Shown here: positions 1 through 9,234 of the stretch, in pieces
How positions within the stretch are numbered: position 1 is the first letter of the stretch
Layout: every line of letters starts with the position of its first letter
Assembly (NCBI GenBank): GCA_963701625.1
Contig: CAVPAT010000005.1
Span: 3,146-67,145 of the forward strand
DNA length: 64,000 nt
DNA from: an uncultured Acidimicrobiia bacterium
GTDB lineage: Bacteria; Actinomycetota; Acidimicrobiia; IMCC26256; JAENVU01
Direction of reading: 5' to 3'
The notes under the pieces: model-generated
The model's input: only the letters and a program-made list of their open reading frames with translations
The model's database searches: none
What the model was told of the DNA's origin: nothing
Made by a program: the position numbers and the translations under genes

Positions 1-1184
1 CGGTTTGCCGATGTGGCCCATTTCCTCGACCAGAATGATGGCGGTTTCCTGGTCGAGCACCTGGTTGATGGTCACCATGCTGCCCATCTTCATCAGCGCC
101 TTGATGACTTCGGCGGCCTTGACCGACATCTTGTGGGCCAGCTCGGCCACCGTAATGGTTTCGGGCACCAGCACCTCGCGCACGACCGGCTCGGTCGGTG
201 CATGAAGGTGGTTTCCTCGTTGCTGACTGGATCGGGATTTGCCCTTGCGGCCACGCCAGCCTGTATCGGGTGCGGCGCCGCCACGGGTCTTGAGTCCGCC
301 TTTACGCTTCGCAGCATCGTCTTTCCAGCTGTCGGCTTTTTTGGCTGGCTTTTTGTCGCCTTGGCGCCAGCCGGTTTGTCTGGTTTGTGCAGTGTTTTTT
401 CTGTGGGTGCGGCGGGCGCGGCGGGCGCAGCAGCTTTCTCAGCGGCCGCCAGTTTGGCTGCTTCGCGCGCAGCTTCCGCTTGCTTGCGTAAGGCCTCGCG
501 CTCGGTGCGGGCCTTGGCATCCGCAGCCTGGCGTTCCTGCGCGCCTGGCCACGGCGTTTTTCTTCTTCGCGCCTTGACTTCGGCTTCGTCCAGAATCGAG
601 GCTTTCTTGATACGGGTTGCTTTCTTGACGGCCGTGCAGGCTTCTCCGCTTCTGGCTCTGCGGTCGCTTCCAGGGCGGCCGCAGGGGCTTCAGCGGCGCG
701 CCTCGACCGCAACCGGTTCGACTGCAGCGGGCTCGATCGACTTCAGCTTTCGCCTGAACCGGTTCGGGCGCTGCGACTTCAGCAACCGGTTCGACCACGG
801 GCGCTTCAACCATGGGCTCAACTCTCGACAGGGGCCTGCTCCTCGACCGGAGGGGCGGCTGGCACTTCCGCGCTTGACGTAGACTGCACATCTTGCGCGA
901 CTTCGCACCTGAATAGGTGCGCGCACGCGTTTCCATGATTGGCGGATCCGGTGCTGTCGCTTTGGATTTCACCCGTCTGCTTGCGCGTGATGGTGATCTT
1001 GGTCTTCCGGGCTCGGCTCCACCGCCATGCATCTTGCGCAGATAGTCAAGCAAGTGCGCCTTGTCCGCTTCGGTGACAGGGTCGACGGTACGGTTCCTGT
1101 TTGCTGACACCGCGCCTTGGCAACTGTTCAAGCAACAGCCGGCGGCGGCAGTTTCAGCTCGTACGCAAATTGTTCAACGTTCAT
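1..1184 (-). pseudogene. infB: Translation initiation factor IF-2, N-terminal ~1.2 kb (3' part lies beyond the window start); reading frame broken several times
   Basis: The reverse complement of 1-200 reads [61 protein letters not shown], a typical IF-2 segment before the G domain. The ATG at 1184 gives MNVEQFAYELKLPP. The motif ..EADKAHLLDYLRKMHGG lies in ORF 439..1131. The Ala/Glu/Lys/Pro-rich linker is split over ORFs 302..712, 439..1131 and 690..926, which are in three frames. Confidence 0.85.
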
Positions 1185-2683
1185 GCAATCCTCGTGGCGT
1201 ATCAGCTTCTTGGGCGAACCAGGGCGCGCGCGCGACCATGATCAGTTGTTCGGCGCGTTCGGTTTCCATGGCGGCCATTTCAGTCAGTTCATCCGCTGCC
1301 AGGTCGGCCAGGTCCTCGTGGTGTGGACGCCTTTGCTGGCGAGCTAGCCGCCAGTTTCTGCGTCCATGCCCTCGAGCGACAGCAGGTCGTCCGCGGAGCC
1401 TTCAACCTGCTCCTCGCCCACAATGGCTGCGGTCAGCAGCGCGTTGCGGGCGCGGTTGCGCAGTTCGTTGACCAGTTCTTCGTCGAAGGCCTCGATTTCG
1501 AGCATTTCGTTCAAGCGGAACGTAGGCGACTTCTTCCAGCGTGGAGAAGCCTTCGTCGACCAGAATCTGGGCGACTTCCTCGTCCACATCGAGTTTCTCG
1601 ATGAACAGGGCGAGCGTATTGCCGCTTTCGGTCGACTGCTTCTCTTCGGCCTCTTCGCTCGACATGATGATTGATGGTCCAGCCGGTCAGTTCGGACGCC
1701 AGGCGCACGTTCTGACCGCCGCGGCCGATGGCCATCGCCAGGTTGTCCTCGTCCACCACCACGTCCATGCTGTGCTTGTCTTCGTCCACCACGATGGAGC
1801 TGACTTCGGCCGGCGCCAGCGCGTTGATGACGAACTGCGCCGGATCGGCCGACCAGAGGATGATGTCGACGCGCTCGCCGGCCAGTTCGTTGGTCACCGA
1901 GGTGACGCGCGAACCGCGCAGGCCGATGCAGGTACCGATCGGGTCGATGCGCGGATCGTTCGACACCACGGCGATCTTGGCGCGCAGGCCGGGGTCGCGA
2001 GCGGCGGCCTTGATTTCGAGCAGGCCTTCCTCGATTTCCGGCACTTCCAGTTCGAACAGCTTCATGATGAATTCGGGCGCGGTGCGCGACAGCACCACCT
2101 GCGGGCCGCGGGCACCGCGATCGATGCGCAGCAGGTAGGCGCGCACGCGGTCGCCGACGCGCAGGTTTTCCTTGCGGGATCATCTGGTCGCGCGGCAGGA
2201 AGCCTTCGATGCGACCCGATTCGATGATGGCGTTGCCGCGGTCCATGCGCTTCACGACGCCATTGACCAGATGTTCCTTGCGGTCAAGGAAGTCGTTGAT
2301 GATCTGCTCGCGCTCGGCATCGCGGATCTTCTGCAGGATGACCTGTTTGGCAGCCTGTGCGCCAATACGGCCGAACTCGATGTTTTCCAGCGGCTCCTCG
2401 ATGTAGTCGCCGATTTCGATATCGGGAATCTTGTCCTGAGCGTCGATCAGCAGAATCTGGTAGCCCTCGGATTCCAGTTCGGCTTCGGTCACGACCAGCC
2501 AGCGGCGGAAGGATTCGTATTCACCGGTTTCGCGATCAATCGATACGCGCACGTCGACTCTTCCTTGAAGCGCTTCTTGGTGGCGGAGGCGAGGGCCTGC
2601 TCCAGGGCGCTCGAACACGACTTCCTGTCCACGTTCTTTTCGCGTGCCAGCGCATCGGCCAACATCAACATTTCACGGCTCAT
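1174..2683 (-). pseudogene. nusA: Transcription termination/antitermination factor NusA, with at least 5 frame changes
   Basis: The N-terminus [21 protein letters not shown] is in ORF 2489..2683. The S1 part ..[42 protein letters not shown] is in ORF 1344..2618. The KH domains ..[36 protein letters not shown] are in ORF 1511..2146. C-terminal repeats are in ORFs 1402..1665 and 1344..2618. The last codons ..FAQEADTPRGLHER-TGA overlap the infB ATG. Confidence 0.9.
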
Positions 2684-2704
2684 ATTTCCTCCAGCGCTCG
2701 CTTC

Positions 2705-3123
2705 TTAAACCATGGGTTTGAGGCGAGCAACATCCACATTTCTCAAATCAATCGATACTTCCGATGCCATCGACGATCGTTTCCAGCTGCACCGCATCGT
2801 CCTCCAGACCAACCAACTGGCCGCTGAGGCGCCGCCGGTTATCCATCGGTACCCGCAGTTTCATCCGGGCTCGCCAGCGAAGCGGGCATAGTCCTGTGGC
2901 CTTGACCAGCGGCCGGTCGAGTCCGGGTGAGGACACTTCCAGTCTGTCGTAGTCGATGTTCTCGACGGTGAACCAATGGGTCAGGTGATTGCTCACCTTG
3001 ACGCAGTCGTCAATCGTGATGCCGTCCGGCTTGTCGATGAACAGTCGGATCAGCCCCGCCCGGCACGCTCCAGCATCACCAGCTCGTATCCGAGTCCGGC
3101 CAGAGTCGTTTCAAGCAGCGTGT
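2705..3123 (-). pseudogene. rimP: Ribosome maturation factor RimP, frameshifted
   Basis: The ATG at 3123 gives [22 protein letters not shown] 2748..2996 carries ..[57 protein letters not shown]. The tail DLRNVDVARLKPMV-TAA is in another frame. The gene sits directly upstream of nusA, as in the canonical rimP-nusA-infB operon. Confidence 0.85.
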
Positions 3124-3129
3124 TTAAAT

Positions 3130-3155
3130 CCATGGCCACAAATAAAAAATGGGCG
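3130..3155 (-). terminator. Rho-independent terminator downstream of rluB
   Basis: On the minus strand, the hairpin ATGGGCG-UUU-CGCCCAU (7-bp stem) is followed directly by UUUUUUAUUU. It lies between the rluB stop (3261) and the rimP ATG (3123). It ends only ~7 nt before the rimP start, and no SD sequence is visible for rimP. Confidence 0.6.
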
Positions 3156-3260
3156 AAACGCCCATCTCACGAAAAAGATGCCTCGCCAGAAACGACGAGA
3201 GGAACAAACCCTGTGAATTATAACGAGTTTATTCCCCCCGGTAAATGAATCTGGCTGACT

Positions 3261-4262
3261 TTATGCACCTTCCTGAGGGATCTCCGCCGGTTTTATCATT
3301 TTTTCCAGTTCGCGCATCAAGGCCTTGACTTCAGCCTCGTCCAATTCATGAACCCGGCCCCGTTTCAACTGCGGCGGCAGGCTGAATGGCCCGTAACGAA
3401 CCCGGATCAGACGGCTGACGGTGCACCCCACCGCTTCGATCATGCGGCGCACCTCGCGGTTGCGGCCTTCGAACAGCGTCACGCGATACCAGCGATTGGC
3501 GCCTTCGCCACCGGCATCCGCCAGGCTGGCAAAGCTGGCCGGCTCGTCTTCGAGTTCGATGCCGCTCAACAACTGCTGTTGCGCTTCCAGCGTCAGTTCG
3601 CCGAGCACGCGCACGGCGTAATCGCGCACCAGTTCCACTTGCGCCAGCTTGTTGGCCAGTTCCCCCGAAGTGGTGAATAACAGCAGGCCCGAGGTATTGA
3701 AATCGAGGCGACCGACGGTGATCCAGCGCCCGCCGCGGATACGCGGCAAGGCGTTGAAGACCGAGGGCCGCCCTTCCGGGTCGTCGCGCGAGACGATTTC
3801 CCCCTCTGGCTTCTTGTACATGACGACGCGCGGCGTCCTGGTCGTCGTGAAGCGGACATTCACCAAGCGGCCGCCGATCTTGATCTTGTCGGTCGGCACC
3901 ACGCTCTGCCCGAGATGCGCAGCCACCCCGTTGACGCTGATGCGACCGGCGGCGATCCACTCCTCCATTTCACGCCGCGAGCCGATGCCGGCCTGGGCCA
4001 GCACCTTCTGCAGGCGCTCCGGCTTGGCTTCGGCGAGCGGCCGGCCATCACGGGCGATGCTGCCGCGATTCGCCCGACCGCCGGTATTCGGCGCCGGCTT
4101 GCGGCGTGGTGTTGCTTCCTTTGTCGCCGCTTGGGCAGCGGGCGCCTCGCGGCGCGGTCCGCGACCCCGCGCTGCTTCACCGTTGCGGTTCAACGGCTTT
4201 TCGGCCCGATTTTCGGAACCTGTCGCCTTCGACTGACGAAATGGTGTGCGTTTGGTTTTCAT
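3261..4262 (-). CDS. rluB: 23S rRNA pseudouridine synthase RluB (S4 domain plus RsuA/RluB catalytic domain) with a basic N-terminal extension
   Basis: This is the lower 334 codons of ORF 3261..5099, starting at MKTKRTPF (ATG at 4262, GGAG upstream). It carries ..[31 protein letters not shown].. (S4) and ..[40 protein letters not shown] (pseudouridine synthase motifs). The frame is intact. Confidence 0.9.
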   Translation of the reverse strand: MKTKRTPFRQSKATGSENRAEKPLNRNGEAARGRGPRREAPAAQAATKEATPRRKPAPNTGGRANRGSIARDGRPLAEAKPERLQKVLAQAGIGSRREMEEWIAAGRISVNGVAAHLGQSVVPTDKIKIGGRLVNVRFTTTRTPRVVMYKKPEGEIVSRDDPEGRPSVFNALPRIRGGRWITVGRLDFNTSGLLLFTTSGELANKLAQVELVRDYAVRVLGELTLEAQQQLLSGIELEDEPASFASLADAGGEGANRWYRVTLFEGRNREVRRMIEAVGCTVSRLIRVRYGPFSLPPQLKRGRVHELDEAEVKALMRELEKMIKPAEIPQEGA

Positions 4263-4290
4263 TATCCCAGCTCCAGTGTCTGGCTGATGC
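4263..4290. other. Compositional and taxonomic breakpoint (betaproteobacterial-type DNA to actinobacterial-type DNA)
   Basis: Within ~25 nt upstream of the rluB ATG, the thiolase reading frame (..[13 protein letters not shown]) changes to non-homologous HQPDTGAGI and runs into rluB. GC content and codon style change here. Confidence 0.75.
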
Positions 4291-5220
4291 TCGTAGGCGG
4301 CGTGCGCGATGGACTCGCGGTAGCCCCGCTCGGGCGGCGCGACGCCGGCGGCCGAGTCGGTCGCGAAGTCGGGCAGGTCGATGAGCTGGTTCGGATAGCT
4401 CGGGGTGACGGTGCTGACGCCGGTGATGCGCACCGGATCGGTGATGCCGATGGACTTCGCGTAGTCGACGCTGCTGACGATCAGCGCGGCGCCGCCGTCG
4501 GAGGTCGCGCAGATCTCGAGCAGGCGCAGCGGATCCGATACGACCGGCGACGCGGCGACGTCCTCCAAGGTCACGGCCTTGCGGAACCGCGCGTTCGGGT
4601 TCTCGAGACCGTGGCGGGCGTTCTTCACCTTGACCGCGGCGAAGTCCTCCTGGGTCGCACCGAAGAGCTCCATGCGGCGCCGGGCGTAGAGCCCGAAGTA
4701 GGTCGGGTTGGTCGCGCCGAGGAGACGGAAGCGGAGCCAGTCCGGGTCGTCGCCGCGCTCACCCGCGTTCGGGGCGAGGAACCCCTTGGGTGTGGTGTCC
4801 GCACCGACGACCATCGCGACATCGGCCATGCCCGCGAGGATCTGGGCCTGCGCGGATGCCAGTGCAGTCACCCCACTCGCGCACGCGGCGTACGACGACG
4901 AGACCGACGCGCCGTTCCACCCGAGCGCCTTCGCGAACGTCGCGCCGGCGACGTAGCCGGGGTAGCCATTGCGCACGGTGTCCGCGCCGCAGACGAGTTG
5001 GATGTCCTGCCACGCGACGCCGGCATCCGCGAGCGCAGCCTGCGCGGCGGCGACGCCGTACTCGACGAAGTTGCGCCCCCATTTCCCCCACGGGTGCATG
5101 CCGACGCCGAGTACCGCGATCTCTTCGTCCTCTTGCCCCTGCGGGGCGGGCCGGACGGGCCCCGCTGCGCTGGTCCGATCGGCTGCGAGTCCTCGCTCGT
5201 CGCGCTCCGCTCTCGGTCAT
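4283..5220 (-). pseudogene. Thiolase-like / SCP-x type lipid-transfer protein (Ltp-like), 3'-truncated at the breakpoint and frameshifted near the 5' end
   Basis: The upper part of ORF 3261..5099 reads ..[55 protein letters not shown]... It lacks the C-terminal catalytic His/Cys region. The only start (ATG 5220, MTESG..) is in a different frame from the EEIAVLGVG segment. It pairs with the upstream DUF35 gene. Confidence 0.7.
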
Positions 5221-5232
5221 CGCCTGTCCGCG

Positions 5233-5661
5233 TCATTCCATCACCGGCTTCCATTGCCAGACGACGTACTCGTGGTCGTCGTCCTCGTAGAGCGTCCCGA
5301 GGGTGAGTTCGACGTCCGTGCCGACCGCCAGCGTCTCGGGATCGACGCCGGGCGCCAGCGGCCCGAGCACGACCATCTGCTCCTCGAGCAGCTCCACCGC
5401 CAGGACCGTGTACGGCACGAACGGGTCGGGCGCCACGTACGGCTGGGGCGGCTGATAGTGGTTGGTGGTCCAGGACCACACCCGGCCGCGGCGGGACAGC
5501 TCGACCTCGGCCAACTCCTCGGTGGGCGCCGCCGGATTGCGGGAAAAGGCCAGGTTCTTCGGGAAGAAGTAGCTGCCGGTCTCGACGCCCCGGGACGCCA
5601 GCAGCGCCGGTTCGTCGCCCGTGGTGAACCAGCCCTCGACGGCCGGGACTCGTGTCTTCAT
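5233..5661 (-). CDS. DUF35 OB-fold / zinc-ribbon acyl-CoA-associated protein (partner of Ltp-type thiolases)
   Basis: From the ATG at 5661 it reads MKTRVPAVEGWFTTGDEPALLASRGVETGSYFFPKN..RGRVWSWTTNHYQPP..PYTVLAVELLEEQMVVLGPL.., ending WQWKPVME. This is the typical DUF35 layout directly upstream of a thiolase-like gene. Confidence 0.75.
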   Translation of the reverse strand: MKTRVPAVEGWFTTGDEPALLASRGVETGSYFFPKNLAFSRNPAAPTEELAEVELSRRGRVWSWTTNHYQPPQPYVAPDPFVPYTVLAVELLEEQMVVLGPLAPGVDPETLAVGTDVELTLGTLYEDDDHEYVVWQWKPVME

Positions 5662-5720
5662 GGCGGCGCAGCCTAGCGAGGCCCTTCTGGGGACCCACCG
5701 GTCGGGCCGCGCCGAGGGCC

Positions 5721-8700
5721 TTACGCCCCCAGCAGCTCGCGACCCTTCACGACGACCCCGAAGGGGCCGGTCATCCCGATCTCCTCGCCGATGGAGATGG
5801 CAGTCTCCAAGTGGGGCTGGGCGGCGGTCGAGTCGTCGCGGCGCACCAGCATCCGGCCATAGTAGAAGTGGCTGCGCGGAGATAGGCGCGCGCCCCGGCC
5901 CGCTCGCACAGCGCCACGGCGTCCGCGTGATGCCGGTCGGCGTCGTCGGGCCGACCGAGCACCTCGGCCACCGCGGCGAGCCCGGTGTCGTTGCCTTCGC
6001 CGATGGTGCCACCGGTCCAGTTGAAGATCCCGGCGAACGGCAGGAGCGCTTCGTACAGGAACTCCACCATGTTCCGGGGCGTCTCCAGGAGCAGCGCCAT
6101 GCCGCGCCAGGCCGCAGACGTTCACGGGGTACATCACGTCACGCCGGAGCACCGCGCAGTCGTCGGCGACGAGCCAGTCGAAATGCGGTTGGGCCTCGTC
6201 GAACCGGTCGCACTCCGCGAACACGCCGGCGAGCGCGAGTCGCCAGGTCGGCAGCCCTGGCTGGGCGGTGACGAGGTCCTCGATCGCGGGGATCAGCTCA
6301 TCAAGGCGGCCCTGGCCCTGGCGGATCGAATAGAAGAGCGATCCGATCGTCGCACTGACGTTCTCGGGATCGATGCCGGAATCCGTGGATCGGGCCAGCG
6401 CGTCGAGCGTGAGCCGCTCCCCCTCGGCGAGGTCGCCGGCGAATACCGCCTGCTGGGCCTGTTTCCATTGCACGTTCACTCGGACATCACGGCGCCGACT
6501 TCGGTCGCCGAACCGGACGTAGGCCGCGAGGTGCGCATCCGCCTCGGTCCGATCGCCCCTCATCGAAGCCATACTCAGAGCGAACAGCTCGGTCGAGCGC
6601 AGTGCGTCCACGTTCCCGGTCGCCTCGGCGAACGTGGCAGCCTCCGCGTTGAGCCCGCCGAACTCGACGTGCCAGGGCCGCGAGCCGTCGATCATGGCCC
6701 AGCTGCGCAGGAGCACATGACCCAGCGCGACCGGGTCCCCGGTCTCTCGGGCCACGGCAAGAGCCTCTGCGGCGAGCGAGGTTCGCCGTTCGTCGTCGGT
6801 CCCGTGCTGGAGCTCGACCGCGAGCGACGACAGCAGCCGGGCCCGCTCAGGTGACGGATCCGGTCCGAGCGAGGCGAGCGCTTCCTCCATCAGCGATACG
6901 AGTTCGGAGTCGACGTTCCCAGCTCGCTGGCTGACGGCTTCACGCACGAGGACGAGGGCGGCCTGCGCAAGCCGAGCGGTGTCATGGCTCTCGCGAGCGA
7001 TTGACGCGGCGGCGAACGCCGCTTCGCGTTTGCGCTCATCACCGCTGAGAACCAGCGAGTCAGCCCACGCCAGCAGCAGGTCACCGCGGTCGCTCGGTGA
7101 CGCGTCGTCGACGAGCTCCAACGATCCGAGCGCGCGCTCGAAGTGGTTCGCCGCCGACTCGAACGCGAGATCCGCAAGAGCGCGCTCCCCCGCACGACGA
7201 GCAACGTCGGCCGCCTTGGTCGCGTCGCCCGCCAGCGCACCCTCGCCGAAGTGGAACGCCAACTCGTCCAGGTGCTCATCGATCTTCGAGGCGTACCGGG
7301 TCTCCAGCACCTCGCCGATGCGCCAGTGCATGCGCACCCGTCGGTTGGTGGTGAGTTCCTCGTACAGAGACGCCCGCACGAGCGCGTGCGCGAATGCATA
7401 CCGGCCGGGCGCGCCGGGCGCTTCCCGCACGAGCCCGAACTGCGCGGCCTCGTCGAGCGCGTCGAACAGCTCGTCGCCCGCCGGTCCGCCCGCGCCCTCG
7501 ATGGTCGCAAGATCGAACGTCGGGCCGATCACCGCCGCGATCGCGAGCGCCCGGTTCACGGCGTCCGACAGGCGGGAGAGCCGACGGCCCACGACCTCAC
7601 GGACACCCTCAGGAATGCCGAACTCTGCGACCGCGCCCGACGTGGTCCATTGTCCGTCGTCGTCCTGGACGATCGCGCCGGACTCGGCCAGGTGGCGCAG
7701 GACCTCACCGACGAAGAACGGATTCCCCTCGGTCTCGGTGTGGACCGCGACCGCGAGATCCATTCCAGACTCGGTGAGCTCGTGACCGGCGACATTGGCC
7801 ATGAAGCCCGTGATCTCGTCCTGGTCGAGGCCCTGGAGGTCGAGCCGGTCGACGCCGGGTTGACGGCGGAGCTCGCCGAGCACGTCCGAGAGCGGATGAC
7901 TGCGATCGAGGTCCGTGTCCCGGTAGGTGCAGAGAACGAGCACGCGCATGGGCGTCGCCGAGCGGAGCAGGTGGCGGAGCAACACGAGCGAAGGTTTGTC
8001 CGCCCAGTGCAGGTCGTCGAGCACCAGCACGACCGGAGCGGCCGCCGAGATCTCCGAGAGCAGGTCGGCCACCGCGTCGAACAAACGGAACCGCTCGGTT
8101 TCGGCGTCGGCCACCATCGGCTCGGCCAGGCCGGGGACACGGCTGGTGATGTCGGGCACGATGCGCACCAGCTCGCCACCGAGCGCGCCCACCTCGGCGC
8201 GTACCTGGTCCGGTGGCGTCACCGAGACGTAGTGACGAAGCGCCTCCGCGAACGGACCGTACGGAGCACCGAGGTCCTCGTCGCATCGCCCCCACAGCAC
8301 GATCGAGCCGCGGTCGTGCGCGGCCCGGACCGCCTCGGTGACGAGGCGGGTCTTGCCGATGCCCGGCTCACCGGAGACGAGTACCGCCCGGCGAGCGCCC
8401 TCGGCGGTCTCCTTCCACGCGCTGGTCAGCGTCTCGAGGTGCTCCATCCGACCGGAGAACGGGAACGCCGGGTTGGTGTCGACGAACGCGGGGAGCGGCG
8501 TGGCGGTGATCGGGTCGGTGATCTGCCAGGCAACCTCGCACGCGGGGACCGGGTCCGGAAGCCCCTTCAGCTCCAAGCGACACCGAGCGAGCGCAGTTCC
8601 AGATCCGTGCGACTCCCGGCGAGCGCGCGGACGAGATCGTTGGCCAGGATCTGCCCGCCGGCGGCCGCGGCGCAGAGCCGGGCTGCTTCGACGACCGGGG

Positions 8701-9086
8701 TGCCGAACCAGTCGCCGTCCTCGAAGCTCGCGTCCCCCGCGCTGATGCCGATGCGCATCGCGATGGTCTGGCCGTCGGCAAGGCGGCGGTTGTGGCGCTC
8801 GACCGCCCGTTGCATCGTCGCCGCGCCGGTGAGCGCATCCGCGGCGCCGGTGTAGGAGACCATCGAGCGCGTCGCCGATCGTCTTGACCTCGGTCCCGTT
8901 GGTGGCATCGACGGCTTCGCGCAGTGAGGCGAAGTGGTCCCGGCGCATCTCGTCGGCCGCAGGGTCACCGACGCTGGTCGCGTGCGCGGTCGAACCCACG
9001 AGGTCGGTGAACAGAATCGTGATCAGCCCCGACGTACCCACACCAACTCCCTGCAAAGTGAGCGCGGAGCGTACCGCCTCGGTCAC
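5721..9086 (-). CDS. Class III adenylate/guanylate cyclase domain fused to an AAA/STAND ATPase and a TPR-like C-terminal region; two frame-excursion segments (4 indels)
   Basis: N-terminus LITILFTDLVGSTAH..EVKTIGDA. The rest of the cyclase domain (MVSYTGAADAL..IAMRIGISAGDASFEDGDWFGTPVVEAARLCAAA) is in ORF 8567..8968, returning at LELKGLPDPV. The Walker A motif is VLVSGEPGIGKTRLV and the Walker B-like motif is VVLVLDDLHWAD. A long helical repeat region follows. A second excursion at ~6100-5880 is seen in ORF 5771..6100. No C-terminal LuxR HTH was seen. Confidence 0.75.
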   Translation of the reverse strand: MTEAVRSALTLQGVGVGTSGLITILFTDLVGSTAHATSVGDPAADEMRRDHFASLREAVDATNGTEVKTIGDALDGLLHRRRGCAHRRGDDATGGRAPQPPPCRRPDHRDAHRHQRGGRELRGRRLVRHPGRRSSPALRRGRRRADPGQRSRPRARRESHGSGTALARCRLELKGLPDPVPACEVAWQITDPITATPLPAFVDTNPAFPFSGRMEHLETLTSAWKETAEGARRAVLVSGEPGIGKTRLVTEAVRAAHDRGSIVLWGRCDEDLGAPYGPFAEALRHYVSVTPPDQVRAEVGALGGELVRIVPDITSRVPGLAEPMVADAETERFRLFDAVADLLSEISAAAPVVLVLDDLHWADKPSLVLLRHLLRSATPMRVLVLCTYRDTDLDRSHPLSDVLGELRRQPGVDRLDLQGLDQDEITGFMANVAGHELTESGMDLAVAVHTETEGNPFFVGEVLRHLAESGAIVQDDDGQWTTSGAVAEFGIPEGVREVVGRRLSRLSDAVNRALAIAAVIGPTFDLATIEGAGGPAGDELFDALDEAAQFGLVREAPGAPGRYAFAHALVRASLYEELTTNRRVRMHWRIGEVLETRYASKIDEHLDELAFHFGEGALAGDATKAADVARRAGERALADLAFESAANHFERALGSLELVDDASPSDRGDLLLAWADSLVLSGDERKREAAFAAASIARESHDTARLAQAALVLVREAVSQRAGNVDSELVSLMEEALASLGPDPSPERARLLSSLAVELQHGTDDERRTSLAAEALAVARETGDPVALGHVLLRSWAMIDGSRPWHVEFGGLNAEAATFAEATGNVDALRSTELFALSMASMRGDRTEADAHLAAYVRFGDRSRRRDVRVNVQWKQAQQAVFAGDLAEGERLTLDALARSTDSGIDPENVSATIGSLFYSIRQGQGRLDELIPAIEDLVTAQPGLPTWRLALAGVFAECDRFDEAQPHFDWLVADDCAVLRRDVMYPVNVCGLARHGAAPGDAPEHGGVPVRSAPAVRRDLQLDRWHHRRRQRHRARRGGRGARSARRRRPASRGRRGAVRAGRGARLSPRSHFYYGRMLVRRDDSTAAQPHLETAISIGEEIGMTGPFGVVVKGRELLGA

Positions 9087-9118
9087 GCTCCGGGGCGGGA
9101 GCGGCGCGCGTCGGACCT

Positions 9119-9164
9119 CGTTGGCGCGTTGGGCGCCCGTCGGCAGGCCAACGCGCCAATGAAC
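9119..9164. repeat. Palindromic intergenic element, copy A (shares a 19-nt arm with copy B at 45333..45381)
   Basis: The sequence is CGTTGGCGCGTTGG-13 nt-GGCCAACGCGCCAATGAAC. The right arm GGCCAACGCGCCAATGAAC is identical to 45363-45381. It lies downstream of ipdC on the minus strand, in a terminator-like position. Confidence 0.6.
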
Positions 9165-9234
9165 GGCGCAGTGCGCGTCCAGGCGACACGTGATCTGCTC
9201 AGCGACAGCGGCCCAGGAGATCCCGGCGATCGAG

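Noticed and set aside
360-480. GC-rich reiterated GCGGCGGGCGCG-type sequence, as a possible tandem repeat or CRISPR-like array
   Set aside because: It lies in the Ala/Glu/Lys/Pro-rich linker of IF-2. It has no regular repeat-spacer periodicity. No CRISPR array was seen anywhere in the window.
4200-4350. A mobile-element boundary (IS end, att site or tRNA) explaining the foreign segment
   Set aside because: No terminal inverted repeats, direct repeats, tRNA fragment, integrase or transposase were detectable around the junction. Misassembly is the simpler explanation.
3261-5099. A 612-aa ORF that looks like a thiolase-pseudouridine synthase fusion protein
   Set aside because: It is a read-through across the compositional breakpoint. 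rluB has its own ATG and GGAG at 4262. The thiolase part lacks its C-terminal catalytic third. The linker HQPDTGAGI matches neither family.
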